From NCBI GenBank assembly GCA_037441385.1, contig JBBISH010000014.1, positions 410 through 64,409 on the forward strand: a DNA stretch of 64,000 bases, in the 5' to 3' direction. The notes beneath the pieces were generated by a model. The model worked only from the letters and a program-made list of their open reading frames with translations. It did no database searches and had not been told where the DNA came from. Below are positions 46,839-56,245 of the stretch, piece after piece. The translations under genes were made by a program, and so were the position numbers. How positions within the stretch are numbered: position 1 is the first letter of the stretch; every line of letters begins with the position of its first letter. The stretch comes from Myxococcales bacterium. GTDB lineage: Bacteria; Myxococcota_A; UBA9042.

Positions 46839-49139
46839 ATGCAGCCGAGCCGCGCAATCAACCGTGTCTGTTCCGTCGCATGGCTGCTGTTGGCGGCCGT
46901 GTGCGGTAGCGGGTGCGCCGAGCCCGAGGCGACGATCGCCGCCCCCAAGGTAGAGAGCTGCAGCGCGGCGGCCTGCCACGCCGATGTGGAGCAAATCCAC
47001 TACGGTGGCCAGATGTTGCGCTGCGTCGATTGCCACGGCGGCAACCCCGAGGCGCCGACCAAGGCGGGGGCGCACGTGACGGTGGACTACTCGTTCAACC
47101 CGACCACGCCGGGCAAGCACTTCTTGGACGACCCGCCGCTGGTGGACCTTGCCGCGGTCCCGACCGCAGTGATGCAGTTCTTGAATCCGGCCGATTACCG
47201 CGTAATTCGCAATACTTGCGGAAGCTCGACCTTGGCCGGCGGCAACTGTCACAGCATCATCACCAGCAACAGCTTGCTGCTGAATCGGGCGACGTTGGCG
47301 GGCCAGCTTGCCGGGGGTGGCTTCATCGCTGGCGTCCAGGGCAAGGCGGCCCACTACGGGGTGGTGCCAACCCGCGACACGCTGACACCCACCAAACTGC
47401 CGCCGCTCACTGCGGCTGACTTCCCGGCGCTTCCCGCGGACGTGCCGGCGAGCGTGACGCCGACGACGGCCCAGGCGTTCTATCCTGTTTACGAGCAGTT
47501 GTGCACCGAGTGCCACCTCAGCCGCGAGGGCGCCAAGATGCCGGGGCGCTACTACTCAGCGGGGTGCAACGGCTGTCACATGACCACCGCGGACGATGGC
47601 CGCACCGTGAGCAGCGATCCCACGCAAAATCGCGAGGAGATCGGTCACCCCATGCGGCACCGGTTCACGAATCTGGTGCCGGACCGGCAATGCGCGCACT
47701 GCCATATTTCGCACCTGGGTCGGGCGCTGTTGGCCCAAGGTGTCCGCGAGCGGAGCGAACCAGACGGCGACAAGCTGGCCGGCGGCCCCAACCGTGGCGC
47801 GGCGGACCCGCCCAACGCGGTGCCGTGGGCCAAAGAAAACTACATAAAATACAAGGGGATGTATTGGCAGTACGGCAAACCGTACCCGTATTTCATCGCG
47901 GACGAGAACGGCACCAACGACACGGACGAGACGCCGCCCGACATCCACACCGCCAAGGGCCTGGCCTGCATCGACTGCCACAACATCGTGGAGGAGCACG
48001 GCACGGGCAAGATGGCCTACCGGATGGACCAAGAGCTGGACGTGCGCTGCCAGAGCTGCCACGGGCGGCCGGGCGAAAAGGCGAAGCTGATGTCGGATTC
48101 GGCTGTCACGTTTGACAAGGCGGGGACCGCGGCGGGCGGCTTTGGCGGAAACCCGCTGATGATTCATACGCTTGCCGATGGAACTGTGTACGAAACGGGC
48201 AAGATCGACGGCAAAGACCACCCCGTGACGCAGATCAACGCGCGCATCGATCCGGCTGGCAAGATCTACAACCCACGGACACGAATGGGTTGTCAGCTGC
48301 ACGCCGGCTCGGCGGAGGCGCGGGCAGCGGTGCGCAAGGCGGTGAACGACCTTTCGGCCAAGGACCCCGCGGCGGTGGCAAAGGAGTTCCCAGGGCTACC
48401 GGAGGGATTCAAGTTCAAGGAGTTGGGCGGTGAAGAGGACGGCCGGGTTGAGTGCTTTACCTGCCACAACAGCTGGACCTTGAACTGCTACGGCTGCCAC
48501 ATGGTCCGCGACGACCGCAAGAGCTACGTCAGCCGCATCGACGGCAAGAAGAAGCTAGGCGCGGTCGAGAGCTTTGGCCTCTCCGTCCTGCCCGACGCGC
48601 TGGCGATGGGCTTCAACGCGCGGGGGCGCATCTCGCCGCTGGTGGGGACGTCGATCTTCTTTACGCACATCGACAAGGGCGGCAACAAGGTCATCGACGC
48701 CCAGGCGCTGACGACCGGCGAGGGGCTGACCGGCGAGGGCAACGTCCACAACCCCGTGCACCACCACACGATTCAAAAGCTGCCGCGCGACTGCACCGGC
48801 TGTCACCCGGCCGCGACGGGCGACACGAGCCCGCAAAGTGCCAACGCCAAGGCGGTGTTGCGCGCCGTCGGCCTGGGCACAGGCGAGGCAACCTTTGTCG
48901 ACGGCAACGGCAAGACCCACTGGCTGGACCGGCTGCTTTGGGCCGACTACGACGGCGACGGCAAATGGGACGACCCCAAGACGCTGGGGCTGCCGCAGGC
49001 GCTGGCCGCGGTCGAGCGGGCGGTGGGCACGACGCACCTGCAGCTGCCCTCGTTCGTCGGCCTGCCCGACCCGGGGCCGCTGGACCTGGCGACGGTGCGG
49101 CGGGTCATCGACAACCGCGTGGTCAATCAGCGACCATAG
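46839..49139 (+). CDS. Multihaem c-type cytochrome lipoprotein (9 canonical CXXCH plus 2 non-canonical)
   Basis: The signal is MQPSRAINRVCSVAWLLLAAVCGSGC. The canonical motifs are CVDCH, CTECH, CNGCH, CAHCH, CIDCH, CQSCH, CFTCH, CYGCH and CTGCH. The two non-canonical sites are CSAAACH and C-X9-CH. Confidence 0.8.
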   Translation: MQPSRAINRVCSVAWLLLAAVCGSGCAEPEATIAAPKVESCSAAACHADVEQIHYGGQMLRCVDCHGGNPEAPTKAGAHVTVDYSFNPTTPGKHFLDDPPLVDLAAVPTAVMQFLNPADYRVIRNTCGSSTLAGGNCHSIITSNSLLLNRATLAGQLAGGGFIAGVQGKAAHYGVVPTRDTLTPTKLPPLTAADFPALPADVPASVTPTTAQAFYPVYEQLCTECHLSREGAKMPGRYYSAGCNGCHMTTADDGRTVSSDPTQNREEIGHPMRHRFTNLVPDRQCAHCHISHLGRALLAQGVRERSEPDGDKLAGGPNRGAADPPNAVPWAKENYIKYKGMYWQYGKPYPYFIADENGTNDTDETPPDIHTAKGLACIDCHNIVEEHGTGKMAYRMDQELDVRCQSCHGRPGEKAKLMSDSAVTFDKAGTAAGGFGGNPLMIHTLADGTVYETGKIDGKDHPVTQINARIDPAGKIYNPRTRMGCQLHAGSAEARAAVRKAVNDLSAKDPAAVAKEFPGLPEGFKFKELGGEEDGRVECFTCHNSWTLNCYGCHMVRDDRKSYVSRIDGKKKLGAVESFGLSVLPDALAMGFNARGRISPLVGTSIFFTHIDKGGNKVIDAQALTTGEGLTGEGNVHNPVHHHTIQKLPRDCTGCHPAATGDTSPQSANAKAVLRAVGLGTGEATFVDGNGKTHWLDRLLWADYDGDGKWDDPKTLGLPQALAAVERAVGTTHLQLPSFVGLPDPGPLDLATVRRVIDNRVVNQRP

Positions 49140-49164
49140 GACGATATGCTCATGTATTTCATAC

Positions 49165-49190
49165 ACATGACACAAGGGTGCATTGTTGCG
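49165..49190 (+). promoter_or_regulatory. Instance 4 of the 23-bp motif: CATGACACAAGGGTGCATTGtTGcG, whose ATG is the predicted lipoprotein start
   Basis: Direct reading. The right arm is weak. The patch (49141-49185) is AT-rich. Confidence 0.4.
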
Positions 49191-50006
49191 GTTGGCCTTG
49201 CGGCAACGTTGCTCGCGGGGTGTGAGTCCGAAACGGCGACCCCGAGCGCGACGCCAGCGGTCGAGACCATGGCGGAGTTCACTGGGGCGCCCACGGCGGT
49301 GGTCGGCGGAGCGTGGGCGTGTGCGGGCAAGGCGCAAGGGACCGTCACCGGCGGGGCCGTGGAACTGAACGGCTACGTGCGGTTGCTGAGCGACCCGGAG
49401 GCCAAACAGCCCGTGCCGGCGGCCAAGATCGAGGCATTCAGCGCAGCTGGCGTGTCGCTGTCGGAGCCGAGCTATGCGGACCCGAGCAAGGCCGGCCGCG
49501 TGGCGCTGTCGGTGCCCGTCAAGTCCACGGGCTTTGATGGGTACGCCGTCATTTCGCAAGCCGGATTCTTGGATTTTCGCCTGCAGTCAAGCCGCAAGGT
49601 GGTGTCGACCGATCTGGCCGGCTGGGCGTGGCTGGCGACGCAGGCGGAAGTGGACAGCCGGGCCCAGGCCATAGGGATTCCGCTTGAGGCGGGCAAAGGG
49701 ATTCTGGTCGGTTCGGTCCACGACTGCGACGGTTTTGGCGCGGCCAACGCGGTAGTCGAGGTGGGCGGCTCGCTGAGCACGACGGTGCTGTACGCCGAGG
49801 GGTTTGACTTGGTCGCCAAGCGTGTCTTTACGGCGGATTCCGGGCGCTTTGCGGTGGCGAACCTGCCGGCGGGTCCGGTGACCATCAAGGCGTTCGGCCG
49901 CGCCAAGGCGGGTGGGAAGCTGCAACTGCTCTCCAAAATCGAAACGACCATCGTCGCCGGCAAGATGACGGCCGTGGACCTGGCCCCGCGCGCGGCCGGG
50001 CAGTAG
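49167..50006 (+). CDS. Hypothetical lipoprotein with carboxypeptidase-regulatory-like beta-sandwich C-terminal domain
   Basis: The signal is MTQGCIVAVGLAATLLAGC; an alternative start at 49146 is possible. The C-terminal sequence SGRFAVANLPAGPVTIKAF is CarbopepD_reg-like. Confidence 0.5.
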   Translation: MTQGCIVAVGLAATLLAGCESETATPSATPAVETMAEFTGAPTAVVGGAWACAGKAQGTVTGGAVELNGYVRLLSDPEAKQPVPAAKIEAFSAAGVSLSEPSYADPSKAGRVALSVPVKSTGFDGYAVISQAGFLDFRLQSSRKVVSTDLAGWAWLATQAEVDSRAQAIGIPLEAGKGILVGSVHDCDGFGAANAVVEVGGSLSTTVLYAEGFDLVAKRVFTADSGRFAVANLPAGPVTIKAFGRAKAGGKLQLLSKIETTIVAGKMTAVDLAPRAAGQ

Positions 50007-50016
50007 TCAACGCACT

Positions 50017-51273
50017 GTGCCTGTGATTCTGCTGGGTATGCTGATGCTCGCGGCCGTGGCGGCGGCGGCACTGCGTCCGGCGGCCTGGTCGGGGACGCTG
50101 ACGCTGGGCGCGACGATGCTGGCGCTCGCGCCGCTGTGGCTGGGGGCGGCGGCGTGGCTGTGGCGGCGGCCGGGGCGCATCGCGCTGCGGTGGGTTCTCC
50201 TATTTTCCTTGCTCTTTCGCCTGGGTGCGGCGCTGGAGCCGCCGGCGCTGTCGTCCGACGCCTACCGCTACCTGTGGGACGGCCGGGTCCAGCGAAGCGG
50301 GCTGAGTCCCTACGCTTTTGCCCCAGGCGACCCGCACCTGCAGCATTTGCGCGACGACCTGGTATTTACGCGCGTAAATCGGCCCGCGGCGCGGACCATC
50401 TACCCGCCGGGAGCCCAGCTGCTCTTTGTGGCGCTGCCGTACGACATGGCGGCGGTGCGTTTCTTGTTCATCGCGCTGGACTTGCTGACGGTCTGGCTGG
50501 TCGCGCGGATGCTTTCTCGCATTGGCCAGGACCCGGCGCGGGCGCTGCTGTATGGCTGGAGTCCGCTCGCCATCTGCGAGGTGGGCAACGCGAGCCACCT
50601 GGACGCGGCGATGCTGCCCCTGCTCGTGGCCGGTGCGTGGGCGCTGATTGCCGGACGGACGCGGCTCGCGGGCTGGCTCTGGGGCGGCGCGGCGAGCCTC
50701 AAGCTGTATCCGGTGCTTGTCGCGTTTTCGCCAATTCGTAAGCATCGAAGCGCGGTTGGCACAAGGGTGCTACTTGTCGGGGCGGGGCTGTACGGGGTCT
50801 ATGGGCTGGTCAGCGGCACGCGGGTGCTCGGGTTCTTGCCGGACTACGTGCGGGCCGCAGAGGACCACAACATCGGGCTGCGGGCGGTGTTCGAAGGTCT
50901 GGCCGCGCCCCTGGGGCCGGCGGCGGCGCGCATCGCGGGGTTTGGGGCGTGCGGGGTGGCGATGGCGGCGGGGGTGTGGCTCGTGCTGCGGCAAAGCGAA
51001 GACCCGCTGCGACGACTGCGCGACCTGATAGCCGTCTACTTGCTGACGGTGCCTACCGCGCTCCACCCGTGGTACGCCCTGTGGCTCTTGCCGTTTCTGT
51101 GCGCGGGCCCAACGGCGCCGGGGCTGTGGCTGCTGGCGACGCTGCCGCTGTCGTACCTGAAATACTCGGCGCCAGGTGGCGTTCTGCCGCCGTGGGTGCC
51201 CGTGGTCGAGTTCCTGCCCGCTACGGTCCTGCAAGTGCGGCTGCTCTTGCGCACGCCGCAGGTGGCAGCATGA
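50017..51273 (+). CDS. Polytopic membrane glycosyltransferase-like protein (DUF2029/GT87-like)
   Basis: It has about 11 TM segments and the conserved SSDAYRYLWDG motif. A copy of the 23-bp motif sits internally at 50757-50779. Confidence 0.55.
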   Translation: MPVILLGMLMLAAVAAAALRPAAWSGTLTLGATMLALAPLWLGAAAWLWRRPGRIALRWVLLFSLLFRLGAALEPPALSSDAYRYLWDGRVQRSGLSPYAFAPGDPHLQHLRDDLVFTRVNRPAARTIYPPGAQLLFVALPYDMAAVRFLFIALDLLTVWLVARMLSRIGQDPARALLYGWSPLAICEVGNASHLDAAMLPLLVAGAWALIAGRTRLAGWLWGGAASLKLYPVLVAFSPIRKHRSAVGTRVLLVGAGLYGVYGLVSGTRVLGFLPDYVRAAEDHNIGLRAVFEGLAAPLGPAAARIAGFGACGVAMAAGVWLVLRQSEDPLRRLRDLIAVYLLTVPTALHPWYALWLLPFLCAGPTAPGLWLLATLPLSYLKYSAPGGVLPPWVPVVEFLPATVLQVRLLLRTPQVAA

Positions 51274-52706
51274 GCCCGGCCCGGTTGGCCCTGGTGCCGT
51301 ACCTGCTGCTGCTGGCGTGGATGCTTTTGTACAGCGCCCACGCGGTCGTGCTCGTGATCTTGCACCGGCGCACGCCGCCGCCGGCCAAACCGCCGCAGTG
51401 GCCGGGCGAACTGCCGCTCGTTGCCGTGCAACTTCCTGTCTACAACGAAGAACTTGTCGTAGAGCGGCTGATCGCAGCGGTGGGCCGGCTGGACTGGCCG
51501 CGCGACCGGTTGCTTGTGCAAGTTCTGGATGACTCTACGGATCGCACGACACAGCTCGCCGAGAGAGCCCTCGCGCACCTGGCGGAAGCCGGCCTCCAGA
51601 CCCAGTTGCTGCGGCGCGGCGAGCGGTCGGGCTTCAAGGCCGGCGCGCTGGCCCACGGCATGGCGCACACTCCTGCGGAATTCTTCGCCATCTTTGACGC
51701 CGATTTCGTACCCCCGCCCGAATTCCTGCGCCGCGCGCTGCCGCACCTGGTCCCGGCCGACGTGGCCGCGGTGCAGGGCCGCTGGACGCACCTGAACCGC
51801 GACGCCTCGGCGCTGACCCGCGCTCAAGCCGTGGCGATTGACGGACATTTCGCGATGGAGCAAGAGGCGCGCTTCCGGGCTGGCTGGCTGCTCAACTTCA
51901 ACGGCAGCGCCGGAGTGTGGCGGCGCGCGGCGATCGCGGCGGCCGGAGGTTGGCGGGGCGACACGCTGACCGAGGACCTGGACCTGTCCTACCGCGCCCA
52001 GTTGGCCGGCTGGCGCCTGGTGTACGACCGCGACCTGGTTTGTCCGGCGGAACTCCCAAGTACTTTGGCGGACTTCAAGGCTCAGCAGCGCCGCTGGGCC
52101 ACGGGCTCCATCCAGGTGGCGCGGTCGCTCTTGCCGGCCATCTGGCAGAGTCCGCGCTCGCTTGCGACCAAGCTAGCCGCGACCCTGCACCTGACCCACT
52201 ACGCCGTGCACCCACTGGTGGCGCTGACGGCTCTGATGTCGGTACCTTGCGTGCTGTTGCCGGGTCTGCAGCATCCGCAGGGCGCGCTGTGGCAGGTGAT
52301 GGCGCCCTTCGCCCTGGCGATGGTGGGGCCAACGCTCTTGTATACTTACGCGCGCATGGAGCTTGGACTGCCGCTGCGGCCGCTGCTGGCCGACCTGGGC
52401 CCGCTGACGCTTTTGGGGATCGGGGTCGCGATCTCGAACGGCAAGGCGGTGCTGCAAGGGCTGCGGCCGGTCGTGCGCGAGTTCGAGCGGACCCGAAAGC
52501 TGGGCCAGGATGCGGGGTTGCCGGGCGTGTATGCCCAGCCCCGCGACCGGCTGCAGCCGTGGGAGTGGGCCCTGGCGGCCTATTGCCTGACTGCCGCCGC
52601 CGGGCTGGTTTGGAGCGGCGTCTACGCGGTCGCACCCTTTTTAGCCTTGGACGCCGCGGGGTTCGCGTATGTGGCCTGGGGCGGTCGGCCGGAGCGCAGG
52701 CCATGA
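51270..52706 (+). CDS. Family 2 glycosyltransferase (cellulose-synthase-like, processive type)
   Basis: It is ATGA-coupled to the upstream gene. The motifs are DDSTD, FDADF and the Q(Q/R)xRW motif QQRRWATG. TM segments lie at the N- and C-termini. Confidence 0.75.
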   Translation: MSPARLALVPYLLLLAWMLLYSAHAVVLVILHRRTPPPAKPPQWPGELPLVAVQLPVYNEELVVERLIAAVGRLDWPRDRLLVQVLDDSTDRTTQLAERALAHLAEAGLQTQLLRRGERSGFKAGALAHGMAHTPAEFFAIFDADFVPPPEFLRRALPHLVPADVAAVQGRWTHLNRDASALTRAQAVAIDGHFAMEQEARFRAGWLLNFNGSAGVWRRAAIAAAGGWRGDTLTEDLDLSYRAQLAGWRLVYDRDLVCPAELPSTLADFKAQQRRWATGSIQVARSLLPAIWQSPRSLATKLAATLHLTHYAVHPLVALTALMSVPCVLLPGLQHPQGALWQVMAPFALAMVGPTLLYTYARMELGLPLRPLLADLGPLTLLGIGVAISNGKAVLQGLRPVVREFERTRKLGQDAGLPGVYAQPRDRLQPWEWALAAYCLTAAAGLVWSGVYAVAPFLALDAAGFAYVAWGGRPERRP

Positions 52707-53413
52707 GGGTCGCGGTCATCATCCCGGCCTGGAACGAGGCAGCGAGCATCGCGGCCGTGGTCCGAGCGGTCCCGGTCGAACTGGGCGCCGTGGTGATCGT
52801 AGTGGATGGGGGAAGTCGCGACAGCACCGTCGAAATCGCGCGCGCGGTGGGGGCGGAGGTCGTGGTGGAGCGGCGCCCGGGCTACGGTCGCGCCTGTTTG
52901 ACCGGAGTGGACAAGGCCGAAGCACTGGGTGCGGAGGTCGTGGCCTTCTGCGATGGCTCCGACGCCGCCAACCCAGCGGACTTGTTGCCGATCGTCCAGC
53001 CTGTTTTGGCCGGTACCGCGGACTTCGTGGTCGGGTCGCGGACGCTGGGGCTGGCGGAACCGGGCGCCCTGCGGCCCCTGCAGCGCGCGGGGAATTGGGC
53101 GGCCACCTGGCTGATTGTCCGGCGTTTTGGCGTGCGGTATACGGACCTGGGCTCGATGCGGGCGCTGCGGCTGGCGGACCTGCGCCGGCTGGACCTGCAG
53201 GAAATGGCCCACGGCTGGCCGACAGAGATGCAGGTCCTTGCTGCCCAACATCATTTGCGAATCCTTGAAGTTCCCATGCACTATCGGCGACGCCGCGCCG
53301 GGGCGTCGAAGGTCTCTGGGCATCCCCTGGGCGCACTCCGGGCCGGTTTGGCGATCTTGCGCGTGGCGAGCGGTATGGGTCGTCAGCAAGGTCGCCGGGG
53401 GCCGACTGGATAG
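52703..53413 (+). CDS. Family 2 glycosyltransferase (polyprenyl-phosphate sugar synthase/DPM1-like)
   Basis: It is ATGA-coupled. The motifs are VIIPAWNEAASI and DGGSRDST...CDGSD. Confidence 0.75.
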   Translation: MRVAVIIPAWNEAASIAAVVRAVPVELGAVVIVVDGGSRDSTVEIARAVGAEVVVERRPGYGRACLTGVDKAEALGAEVVAFCDGSDAANPADLLPIVQPVLAGTADFVVGSRTLGLAEPGALRPLQRAGNWAATWLIVRRFGVRYTDLGSMRALRLADLRRLDLQEMAHGWPTEMQVLAAQHHLRILEVPMHYRRRRAGASKVSGHPLGALRAGLAILRVASGMGRQQGRRGPTG

Positions 53414-53494
53414 GTTGGCGGGTTGTCCATCGCGCGGCCAAAGTCGATCATGCTCGGGTTGGCAGGGGCAAAGCGTAGGTGGCAAGGGGTGGCG

Positions 53495-55138
53495 ATGCAG
53501 ACGAGTTCCCCGGTGGCGGTCGCGGTCATCAGCAAGCTGCCGCGGCTTGGACGCAGCAAGACCCGGTTGGCGCGGACGGTGGGCGCCGAGGCTGCGCTCG
53601 CGCTGCACCGCGCGTTTCTGGCGGACGAGTTGGAGCAACTGCACCGGCCCAGCGAGTGGGACCTGTACCTGATTCACGACCCTGCGGTGGACTTGGCCGA
53701 AGCGGGCGACCTGGCCAGCCTGCTCGGCGGCCACGCCCAAGGGCTGGTGCCCGGCCAGACGGGTCTGAGTCAAGAGTTGTTGCGGAGTTTTGAGCTGTTG
53801 CTCGGGTCGCACGGCAAGGTGGTGATCGTGAGCGGCGACGTGCCGCAACTCGATGCAGACTTGGTGGCGCAGGCGGTGGGCGCGCTGGACGCGGCGGACG
53901 TGGTCTTGGGCCCCGGACCGGACGGCGGCTACTACCTGGTGGGCCTGACGCGGCCGCACGACATCTTCACGACGATTCCGATGGGGACGGCGGCGGTGGA
54001 GCGCGCGACCGTGGCGCAGGCCCAGCGTTTGGGGCTCCGAGTGGCGCACGTCGCGGTGCTGACCGACGTGGACGAGGCGCAAGACCTGCTCGCCCTGGAG
54101 CGCGCTCCCCACGGCGTGGCGGCGCGGACGCGGTCTGTGATCGAGCAACTGGAGCGCGACGAGGTCGCCGCGCAGCTGCCCAGCGAGTTGCAGGTCGAGG
54201 TGACGAGTCGGTGCAATCTGCGGTGCTCGGCGTGCCTGATCAGCTACCAAGACCTGGACGAGGCTGCGGATCTGAGCTTGGACCAGTGGCAGCGCATCGT
54301 GAGCGACCTGCCGCGGCTGCAGCGGGTGGCGTTCCAGCTCAACGGCGAGCCCCTGGTCAATCCCCATGTTTTCGGGATGATCGCTGACGCCCGGCGGCGC
54401 GGGGCCCACACCGTCATGAACAGCAACGGCACGCTGCTGGACCGGCAGCGGAGCGAGCAGGTGGTGGCGAGCGGCCTGCACGAACTGCGGATCTCGCTGG
54501 ACGGCGCGCGGGCCGAGACTGTGGCCAAGATGGCGTGCGCGGACATCCTGGCCAAGGTCGAGCGGGGCGTGGCCGAGGCGGTGCGGGCACGCGGTTCGGG
54601 TCCGGGGCCGCGGCTGAGCCTATGGATGGTCGCGACGCGCTTGAACATTCACGAGCTGCCCCAACTGGTGCAGCTGGCGGCAGACTGGGGCATCGACGAG
54701 GTGTACGCGCAGCGGCTGGTCTTGACGGGGCACGGGACGGCGCGGCGAGAATACTCTGTCCACGGGCGGGATTCCGCGCTGCTCCACGACGCGGTGGCGA
54801 AGGCCGAGGCGGTGGCGGCGCAGACGGGGGTCGCGCTGCGGGCCTCTGGGCGTGTGCCGGTGCTACAGAGCTTTGCCGCGTCGAGCGACCCGCATCCGCA
54901 GCGCGCCTGCTACCGGCCGTGGCGGAGTGCGGTGGTCACGGCGACGATGCGGGTACTTCCCTGCTGCATCGGTAGTTTCACGGCGAACTACGACGACCTG
55001 GAGCTGGGCAACCTGGCGACGCAGACGTGGCACGAAATCTACAATGGCGAGCGGTATCGCGCCCTGCGGCGTGGTATCCTCCAGCGTGGACCGCTGCGAC
55101 CCGAGTGCCGCGATTGCGGTCACCTCTGGAGCCTGTGA
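53495..55138 (+). CDS. Fusion protein: DUF2064 (TIGR04282-like nucleotidyltransferase-fold) N-domain + radical SAM (CX3CX2C) domain with SPASM-like Cys-rich C-terminus
   Basis: The DUF2064 hallmark is AVISKLPRLGRSKTRLA. The radical SAM cluster is VEVTSRCNLRCSACL. The C-terminal sequence CYRPW...LPCCIG is SPASM-like. An upstream alternative start lies at 53423. Confidence 0.65.
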   Translation: MQTSSPVAVAVISKLPRLGRSKTRLARTVGAEAALALHRAFLADELEQLHRPSEWDLYLIHDPAVDLAEAGDLASLLGGHAQGLVPGQTGLSQELLRSFELLLGSHGKVVIVSGDVPQLDADLVAQAVGALDAADVVLGPGPDGGYYLVGLTRPHDIFTTIPMGTAAVERATVAQAQRLGLRVAHVAVLTDVDEAQDLLALERAPHGVAARTRSVIEQLERDEVAAQLPSELQVEVTSRCNLRCSACLISYQDLDEAADLSLDQWQRIVSDLPRLQRVAFQLNGEPLVNPHVFGMIADARRRGAHTVMNSNGTLLDRQRSEQVVASGLHELRISLDGARAETVAKMACADILAKVERGVAEAVRARGSGPGPRLSLWMVATRLNIHELPQLVQLAADWGIDEVYAQRLVLTGHGTARREYSVHGRDSALLHDAVAKAEAVAAQTGVALRASGRVPVLQSFAASSDPHPQRACYRPWRSAVVTATMRVLPCCIGSFTANYDDLELGNLATQTWHEIYNGERYRALRRGILQRGPLRPECRDCGHLWSL

Positions 55139-55881
55139 TGAGGAACCTCCTGTTTCTGCACGGCATACTCATCATGATGGCGAGCGCGTGCGTGGGGAAC
55201 GGCGAGCTGGAAGCCCAGCTGACCGGCCAGGTGGTGGGCGACGACGACCGACCGCTGGGGCCCGGACTGGTGATGGTCGAGCGGGGCAAGGTCCACGCTG
55301 GCGCTTACGAGGGCGGCGCGCTGATTGCGCCAAACGGCAAGTTCTCGGTGCCGCTTCCCGGCGGCGGTACGTGGGGCGTGCACCTCTTCAACGACAACTA
55401 CTCGTACCTGCCCGTTGAGGTGACGATCGACCCGCATCAGCAGGTCGCGCTGACGAACATGATGGTGAACTGGGGCGTCTGGATGGACCTGACCGGGCAG
55501 CCGAGTTGGCCCGACCAGCCCGATGACGCGCGCCTGATTCGCCTGCCGACCGACGACAACAAGGCCGACAACCCCGTCATCCAGAACATCCAGATGAAGT
55601 ACTTGCCCGGCGACCTGTTCCAGATCTCGGCCGATGTCAGCGACCCGACCCACGACCTGTCGCGGATGATCCTCGCCTTCGACGAGGCGACCGGCGCCGG
55701 CTACGCGATGAACCCGCCGGGTCCGCCCGACGCCAAGGGCTACTACCCGGAAGGCACCTACACTCTCAAGGTCTTCCTCAGCGACAAGCACGTCCGCGGC
55801 AAGTCGATGTGGCACTTCGTCGTCTCGGACGCGATGTGCAACAACACCCCGATTCAGCACTTGCCCATGCCGGCCAACTAG
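55138..55881 (+). CDS. Hypothetical lipoprotein
   Basis: It is TGATG-coupled. The signal is MRNLLFLHGILIMMASAC. Confidence 0.5.
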   Translation: MRNLLFLHGILIMMASACVGNGELEAQLTGQVVGDDDRPLGPGLVMVERGKVHAGAYEGGALIAPNGKFSVPLPGGGTWGVHLFNDNYSYLPVEVTIDPHQQVALTNMMVNWGVWMDLTGQPSWPDQPDDARLIRLPTDDNKADNPVIQNIQMKYLPGDLFQISADVSDPTHDLSRMILAFDEATGAGYAMNPPGPPDAKGYYPEGTYTLKVFLSDKHVRGKSMWHFVVSDAMCNNTPIQHLPMPAN

Positions 55882-56118
55882 CCCGACCACACCACATGGC
55901 CAGCCACAGATGGCAGACCAGGGACGGCGGCAGATGGGCTGGCGCGGGCAAGGCGACGATCAGGGGCGCCAGGCGCGTGCGATCAGGCCTCCGACGGATG
56001 GGACGACAGTTTGCCACCGACCAGGCTTGGTGCGGTTTCCGGAGCATGCCCCGATTGGCGGCGGGGTTCCCGGAAGTGGAGGCACGTGACCCGGCGCGCG
56101 GTCGCCGCTTGATACGAA

Positions 56119-56177
56119 CCCCGGTTCGGGCCCGAAGAATTGCCCGAGTTTTCGATCCGATTCGGACGGAACTGGTA
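56119..56177 (-). repeat. Dispersed ~55-bp element, copy 2 (reverse orientation; same orientation relative to its downstream gene as copy 1), followed by a 16-codon uORF (56177-56227) and then the 56246 gene
   Basis: The reverse complement aligns to 16719-16775 at ~90% identity and includes TTCGGGCCCGAA. Confidence 0.6.
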
Positions 56178-56245
56178 TGAGTGGTGAAAACTCAGAGGCT
56201 CTGCTAGCCTGGACTCGCCCCGGCTAGGCGCCCCGAGAACACCCC

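Noticed and set aside
56177-56227. 16-codon uORF MSGENSEALLAWTRPG
   Set aside because: It is not called as a CDS because it is too short to support. It is kept only as part of the leader-element finding.
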